Both the position numbers and the translations under genes were made by a program. Below are positions 57,801 through 64,000 of a stretch of 64,000 nucleotides of DNA, piece by piece. The DNA is from Podarcis bocagei (Eukaryota): assembly GCA_964188305.1 (NCBI GenBank), contig OZ076888.1; one strand, 5' to 3'. The notes beneath the pieces are model-generated. The model made no database searches and had not been told where the DNA came from. It was given only the letters and a program-made list of their open reading frames with translations. The number at the start of each line of letters is the position of its first letter. The stretch's first letter is position 1.

Positions 57801-60800
57801 CTGTTGTGACTTTTAGATACTCTCGAATGAGCTGACATGGCTTTCTCCATTTTTTCCACAGAACCTTGTGCGCAATTCCTCCCAGTCCTGGACTAGCTGC
57901 CCGTGATGGTATGTTAATAGCCACAAGCCGTTTCCTAGTTTCACAGTTACCAAAAGGGGGCAGCTGTTGCCTGCAGTGCAAAAAATCAAAAGGTGATTTA
58001 TTTCTACATTTTTTCTTTTCTTTTTTTTTGGGTTGAGAGCAGTGTCTTGTTTCTACTCTGTGCAGTTAGATGGGGAGATAGGTATCTCCTTTGTCTATCT
58101 GTGTGCCTCAGGAACCATGCCAGCTTCCTGGAAGCATACCTGTAAATAAAATGGATCCCTTTCTGCAAATGCAACCACGACATGATCTTATCAGTGACAT
58201 GTGCTCATCTGCTTTGCTGAGGGCCTCTCAGGGGCAGGTTTCTGGGAGCAGCTGCAAAAAATGTAGCTGCTGGTCTAACTGAATCAGAACAGTGAGTCGA
58301 TATGGGGAGGTAAGGCAGAAATGTGGCCCCCAGAACAAGGAAAGGGATGTAGTGGTAGAGCATAGGCATTGTAAGCCCAGGTTCCCAGATTCAACCATGG
58401 CAGTGCCAATTAAAAGTCTGGAACAGGTAACATGCCTGGAACAGACATGAAGCCTGTGACATTGGAGTGGCATGGGAGACTTTAGGAAGAACAACCTATT
58501 TGCCAGACCCACCAAATGGTCCTATGTAAGATGTGCAAAGGGAAAACAAAATTTATTCCTTTCCCTTTAATGTAAGCCTAGCCTATTCTTCATATTCCCT
58601 ACCAGTTCATCACTTTCTCTTTTCTCTTGGCCTAATCAATCAAAAATTGGATTGATGCCTCAAGGATATTTATATATTTTTCATGGATCTTGGTAGGGTG
58701 ATTCTGTGGCAGAATGCATTGGGGAGTGAGCAGCCCATTGTAAGATTTTTAGTTGGACCAATGCCAACAAACTTACTATCCACAAATAACTGACCATCTT
58801 GTATGCACAGTAAAACAAGGGCCATGTCTTGACTACTATGGGTTGGATGGTTTAGTGGGAATGTGCATGACACTAGTCCGCTGGGATAGGATCTCATTTA
58901 TTTTTTCTGAAGGGTTTTCAAGGCCTTGTTATGATCAAAAGGTAGTAAATATAGGCCAGATCACTATCAGCTGATCGATGATTAAATGATTCACCAAACA
59001 AGATGTGCACTTGCTCACCATTTTGCTCTTTGATTGCTCTTCTGTTAGCCCTAGATGATTCCAATTTCATTAAGTGTGTAAGTATCTGTAGCCATGTATT
59101 CTGCATCTTTTGTCTCAATAGGCATTTTAAATGTGATGTATGTGAGTTGTTGTTAGGCTAATTCTTGTATAAGGAAAGAAAGAAAGCACATCCCTAAACA
59201 CGTTTATTCAGAAGTAAGCCCAACATAGGAGTGCATAAGATTCCAGCATAAGTCTCCAGCATAAGTATCAATAAGCTGCTTTCCTCATTTTGCTTGCCTG
59301 TTTGGCTGCTTCATTGTGAAGATTATGAATCTTTGGACTACTCCACCCATTTTACAGCCACAAACATGAGCTTACCAGCACTTCTACATGCAGTAGGAAG
59401 TTGCATCAATCCTTGTGTGATATACACAGTAAAATATTTGTGCACATGTGCATAAAACACCATGTGAAGCTGCCATACAATAGCAGATTATTATTGGAAC
59501 AAGCAGCACATGCTCACAGTTTGGATACCTCGTGATGTTGAATGTGTTTACCTCAACACGAAAAATGAACAAAAAATATATTTTTACATCCCACCAGGAC
59601 CACAAGTTTGGCTTCTTTCAAAGTTTGATTAATGGGGAAAGCAATAATAAGATCCAAGCTGAGGTGTGATTAAATAGCAGTGGAATATCATATATACATG
59701 TGTAAAACTAGACCTTCCAAGGATAATATGGGGATTCCAAATTGTTTATGCATTTTTCGGTTGTGACAGAAGCTTGCCATAAAGGGCTGTTTCTTGAGTG
59801 GTTCTTTCTATCTGAACCAAATGAACTCTTTGCTCAAGAGCTTTAGAACTTGTCAACCAAAGCAAATGTAAGCCTCCCTGACTCACCTGTTCCACCTTAG
59901 CTTTCATGATTTGTAATAGCAGGTGTATCTAATTCAATTAGAAGGCTTAAAATAAGTTGAAGTAGGTCTCTTGCTTCAGCTAAAATGGTACTAAATAGGA
60001 ATCAGCATTTGGTCTGTCTGTCTAAAATTAAGACTAACCAATTTGCATTACAAAAATGTAGCTTTTCTCAGTTCAGTATTGTTCATGCTCATCCTCAGCA
60101 TGGTGTTTTCAGTCTATATTGACTCTTGATCCTGCCGCTTACAAAGTTTGGTGTGGTTACTTGATACATGTTTGAAACCTGTCCCCTTGACTAGGCTGTG
60201 CCTTTTCCTACTTGCATGCGTCCAAAGTGAATGTAGAAGGCAGTGGCGACTGCAGTCTTGGCATACGCCCACCCACAATGCACTGGGCAGGTCTGAATAC
60301 ATCCTTCCCTATTGCCTGGACAACCTACTTCTGTTTTCTATTGGATAAACTGTGGGGTAATCAAACTCTGCAGAATCAGTCTGCAGTGAACTTTGACTTT
60401 CAGAATGTCTTAAGAAGGGGCAAATAAATATGCAGTACATCTAGATAGTGTGTAGACTCCTTTAGGGGAAAAAACCAAACGCAATCTCCGCTGATTCTAG
60501 AATAAATGCAGCCATAAGCTGCATCTGCAAAAAGAGCACAAAAGCTTGTATTACTTGTTGCACCGGCTCTTTATAACAGCTGACCTTTAAAACAACCAGA
60601 TTCTTTTTCAAAGTCTGTTTTATTTCTAAGATTCCATTATTATATGAGTGTTCTTTCAGTCTCTTGCTGCAAGGAGGAGGAGGAGGGCTTGAAGTCCCCA
60701 GCCTAATGAGCCAACTTGTTGTATGTTGGATCCATATCAAAAGGGAGGCAGTAATTAATTAAAGTTGTACCTACTGCTTGACACTTTCTAATGATTTATT

Positions 60801-62326
60801 CCCATCCCATTTTTTGGCAACACTTGTTGTAGGGCCTGTTGTTCTAGGCAAGTACACACTTCAACTATTTTGATGATTATGTCTGCTGGGGAGAAGAGTT
60901 AAGCAAAATTGCTATGAACTGTGTTCTTTAGAATTATATGTAGTCACCTACATGCCTGCCCTCTTGGCAAATGTAGGATCAATTCACCCAGCTAAGAATG
61001 TGAGTTGAATTTAGGCATATGATGCTCAGATTTTTAGGTGCTTTGGGTTGCGTTTTAGTGTGTATAACTGCCTGCCTATCTTTCTTAGGTGATAATAAGC
61101 ATACACAGAAACTACGGAAAGCAGAAAGGAGTTGTTTTATTTGACATTAGATGCTTCCTACAAAATAGTCTTTAAGCGACATACAAAAAGGTTGAATATC
61201 AACTTAAGTAGCTATTTCTAGATGGTAAATATCCAGTTTGCACGACTTTTTGATATCTGGTTGCATGGGCTGAGTTTGGGCATGGAACAAAGCAGATCTA
61301 TGGTTATATATTTCATTGCCTCATCATTTCTGGAAACATTTGCGTTAGGAAAGTTATAGTGTGTGTTCTAAGCAGCAGGAACTTTTGACGTGGTGAAACA
61401 TTTGCATGGACACTTTGTCTGCTCATACTTGATTCCTCATCATCGCTTGAAACTCCCTATCCTTCACACACTTCGATAATTGTCCTAATCCTTCTCAGTT
61501 CTCTTGTGTTTTTTTAAAAAAGAATAAAAAATCTATACCAAAGTTGCAACTCTTAAACACTAAACTACCGACAGACATTAATGTCCAACCTTCTGTGTCA
61601 ACATATGAAGAAGGTAGTATAATCGAACAAATAGTGTACAATGGTGCTTTTGGTTTTACATCTCAGAGGCTACATTTTCAAACTCCACTTACCACAAACA
61701 GATCAAACTTCTTTGTACAGTGATGCATATTTTGCCCAGTTGACTTTCAGCACATTTTTCCATCAGTGTTACATTTTGGAAGCCACAAGTTTTAGTAAAA
61801 CATCAGAGCTCCATTTTTTCTTGTTTCTTTGAATGGGTCTTATTCCAGGTTCTCTGCGGAAAGGGGAAGAAGGACCATAGCTCAGAGCATCTGTGTCCTT
61901 GATTGTTCCCCTTCAGCTGCATTCTTGGTGACTGTCCCTCAAATACAAGTTATGGATAAGGCCAGACTAGACACATGAGGCAATTATGTCTTGGAGAGAT
62001 GTGGTGCCCTATTTACATATAACTCAGAGGTGGAATCTACTTTTTGCACAAAAATAGAGTGCATTGAGGAGGGGAGCAAAACCTGCTCTTCTCTTGCCTG
62101 GTTTTACCGCTATCTGTAGGTTTAAGCCAAGGGGACGGGTGAGGGAGGCATCTTTTCCAGCCCAGGGGCCATGTTTCCTTCTGGGCAACCTTCCAGGGAG
62201 TCAGATGTCAGGAGTGGGCAGGGCCAGAGACAAAAGTGTGTGGAGAAATGAATATAAATGTTACATTTGTATGTAGTTTCCACCCATGCTCATTTACATC
62301 TCATTTACACCTCTCTAACCATCATC

Positions 62327-62966
62327 TCCTGGCAAATAGAAGGGGAAGAAATGGAGGCAGTGAGAGCTTTTACTTTCTTGGGCTCCATGATCACTGCAGA
62401 TGGTGACAGCAGTCACGAAATTAAAATACGTCTGCTTCTTGGGAGAAAAGCAATGACAAACCTAGACAGCATCTTAAAAAGCAGAGACATCACCTTGCCA
62501 ACAAAGGTCCGTATAGTTAAAGCTATGGTTTTCCCAGCAGAGATGTATGGAAGTGAGAGCTGGAACATAAAGAAGGCTGATCGCCGGAGAATTTATGCTT
62601 TTGAATTATGGTGCTGGAGGAGACTCTTGAGAGTCCCATGGACTGCAAGAAGATCAAATGTATCCATTCTTAAGGAAATCAGCCCTGAGTGCTCACTGGA
62701 AGGACAGATTGTGAAGCTGAGGCTCCAATACTTTGGCCACCTCATGAGAAGAGAAGACTCCCTGGAAAAGACCCTGATGTTGGGAAAGATGGAGGGCACA
62801 AGGAGAAGGGGACGGCAGAGGACGAGATGGTTGGATAGTGTTCTCGAAGCTACCAGCATGAGTTTGACCAAACTGCGGGAGGCAGTGGAAGACCGGAGTG
62901 CCTGGCGTGCTCTGGTCCATGGGGTCACGAAGAGTCGGACTAAATGAGTAAACAACAACAACAACA
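62327..62966 (+). mobile_element. 5'-truncated BovB (RTE-clade) LINE
   Basis: Open frame SWQIEGEEMEAVRAFTFLGSMITADGDSSHEIK...AFELWCWRRLLRVPWTARRSN...LEKTLMLGKMEG.RRRGRQRTRWLD...WRALVHGVTKSRT; (CAA)n tail; TSD AACCATCATC at 62317-62326 and 62967-62976. Confidence 0.95.
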
Positions 62967-63889
62967 AACCATCATCCAAACAAGTAGAAGTTTGAGGCCA
63001 TATTTCAGCCGGGAAAATGTACTAGGGAGTGCAAAGTAGGACAAGTAAGAGGTGTGGCCTGGGGAGAGTTCTGAAGGCCAGAAAGAGGCCCAGAGGGCCA
63101 CAATTGGGCCACATAGTTAAGAGCCCCTTTCTGGCTTAAGCGTTTATTTTTCTGCCCACATCAGAGCTGGGCTTGGGGGCAGAGTGCTTAAAAGAAATGG
63201 AGCACAGCTTTAGGAGTGTTAGGCATTCTTCTTACCTGCCTGCTATTTGGTGGTGGTTTTGGTTAGATGCAGACACTTCCATCCCTGATTTATATAGGAA
63301 TAGGGAAAACCACACTTAAGGTATCATATCTAGTTTGGTCATGTGTGTTTATAATAATATAAAATATATACACAGTATTAATATGTATTATAAATGCAGC
63401 TCAGGCTCCTTTAAAACTTTTGCACAGCTGTTGTTCCATTCACAGCTATGAACATTCAGACTCTTAGTGATACAGATGTTTGTAAGTACTGCCTAATAAA
63501 TTTATTCATAAGTGCATGCTATGTTTGCTGCTCTCAGTTTTTCCTTTAAAAGAGTAGAGCGGGGCAGCTGGGTGAAATAATTTCCCTTGAGAAATCTGAG
63601 ATCTAAAGTTGAGATAGGAGTGTCATGAAAACAGCCTTATCTCCCCAAACTTTGTGCTATAGCATCCTGGTCGACTCACCTGCCAGGGCAAGTGGGGACT
63701 TGTTCATGTGTTTCTGGGAATTTACAGTCAAGCAGTTCTGGAGTTATTTAAGTGCGCATTTATGGGGAGTGGAGAAATATATCATTATCTTATTGGCATG
63801 TACCAGGAGATGGACTGGAGAAAGAGGGAACCAGAGCTATTCGAGGAACTCTGTTGTTGTTGTTGTCACCTTCATTTGGTTAAACAAGG

Positions 63890-64000
63890 AATGGGGCCCT
63901 CCAGTTGTTGGACTACAACACCTGTGTTCCTTGGCCATTGGCCATGCTTGTTGAGTCCAGTGGGAACTGGAGTCCAACAGCATCTGAAGGGCCACAGCTT
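63890..64000. mobile_element. Palindromic squamate MITE (CCTCCAG..TTGGACT...AGTCCAACA..CTG family)
   Basis: Internal inverted symmetry; related copies at ~7691-7805, ~26187-27020 (interrupted) and ~42390-42490. Confidence 0.7.

Noticed and set aside
62593-62979. 128-aa antisense ORF
   Set aside because: It is the antisense shadow of the BovB coding frame

Overview
Vertebrate genomic DNA, not prokaryotic. The repeats (Sauria SINE, BovB RTE, lacertid-type L1/L2/CR1, Tigger-like and hAT MITEs) indicate a squamate, probably a lacertid lizard (inference). The window holds the 5' part of CCDC186 on the minus strand (5 coding exons, 1408-11802; the gene continues past the left edge). Head-to-head with it, across a CpG island at ~24.7-26.2 kb, is a complete TDRD1 on the plus strand: 24 coding exons reconstructed by hand, 28853-54094, 3420 nt = 1139 aa, MYND finger plus four extended Tudor domains. 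A second CpG island at ~56.3-57.4 kb is probably the VWA2 promoter by synteny, but no VWA2 coding exon was found. I found no convincing wholly new biological system. The most notable observations are: a Tudor-1 aromatic cage that looks intact (WYR, where mammals have WNR as I recall); a four-layer nested transposon stack in TDRD1 intron 1; Tigger-like MITEs carrying NRF1+ETS promoter motifs; a Penelope-like inverted element with degenerate hammerhead-ribozyme cores; and a young BovB insertion. Family names of repeats and protein homologies come from recall, not database searches.
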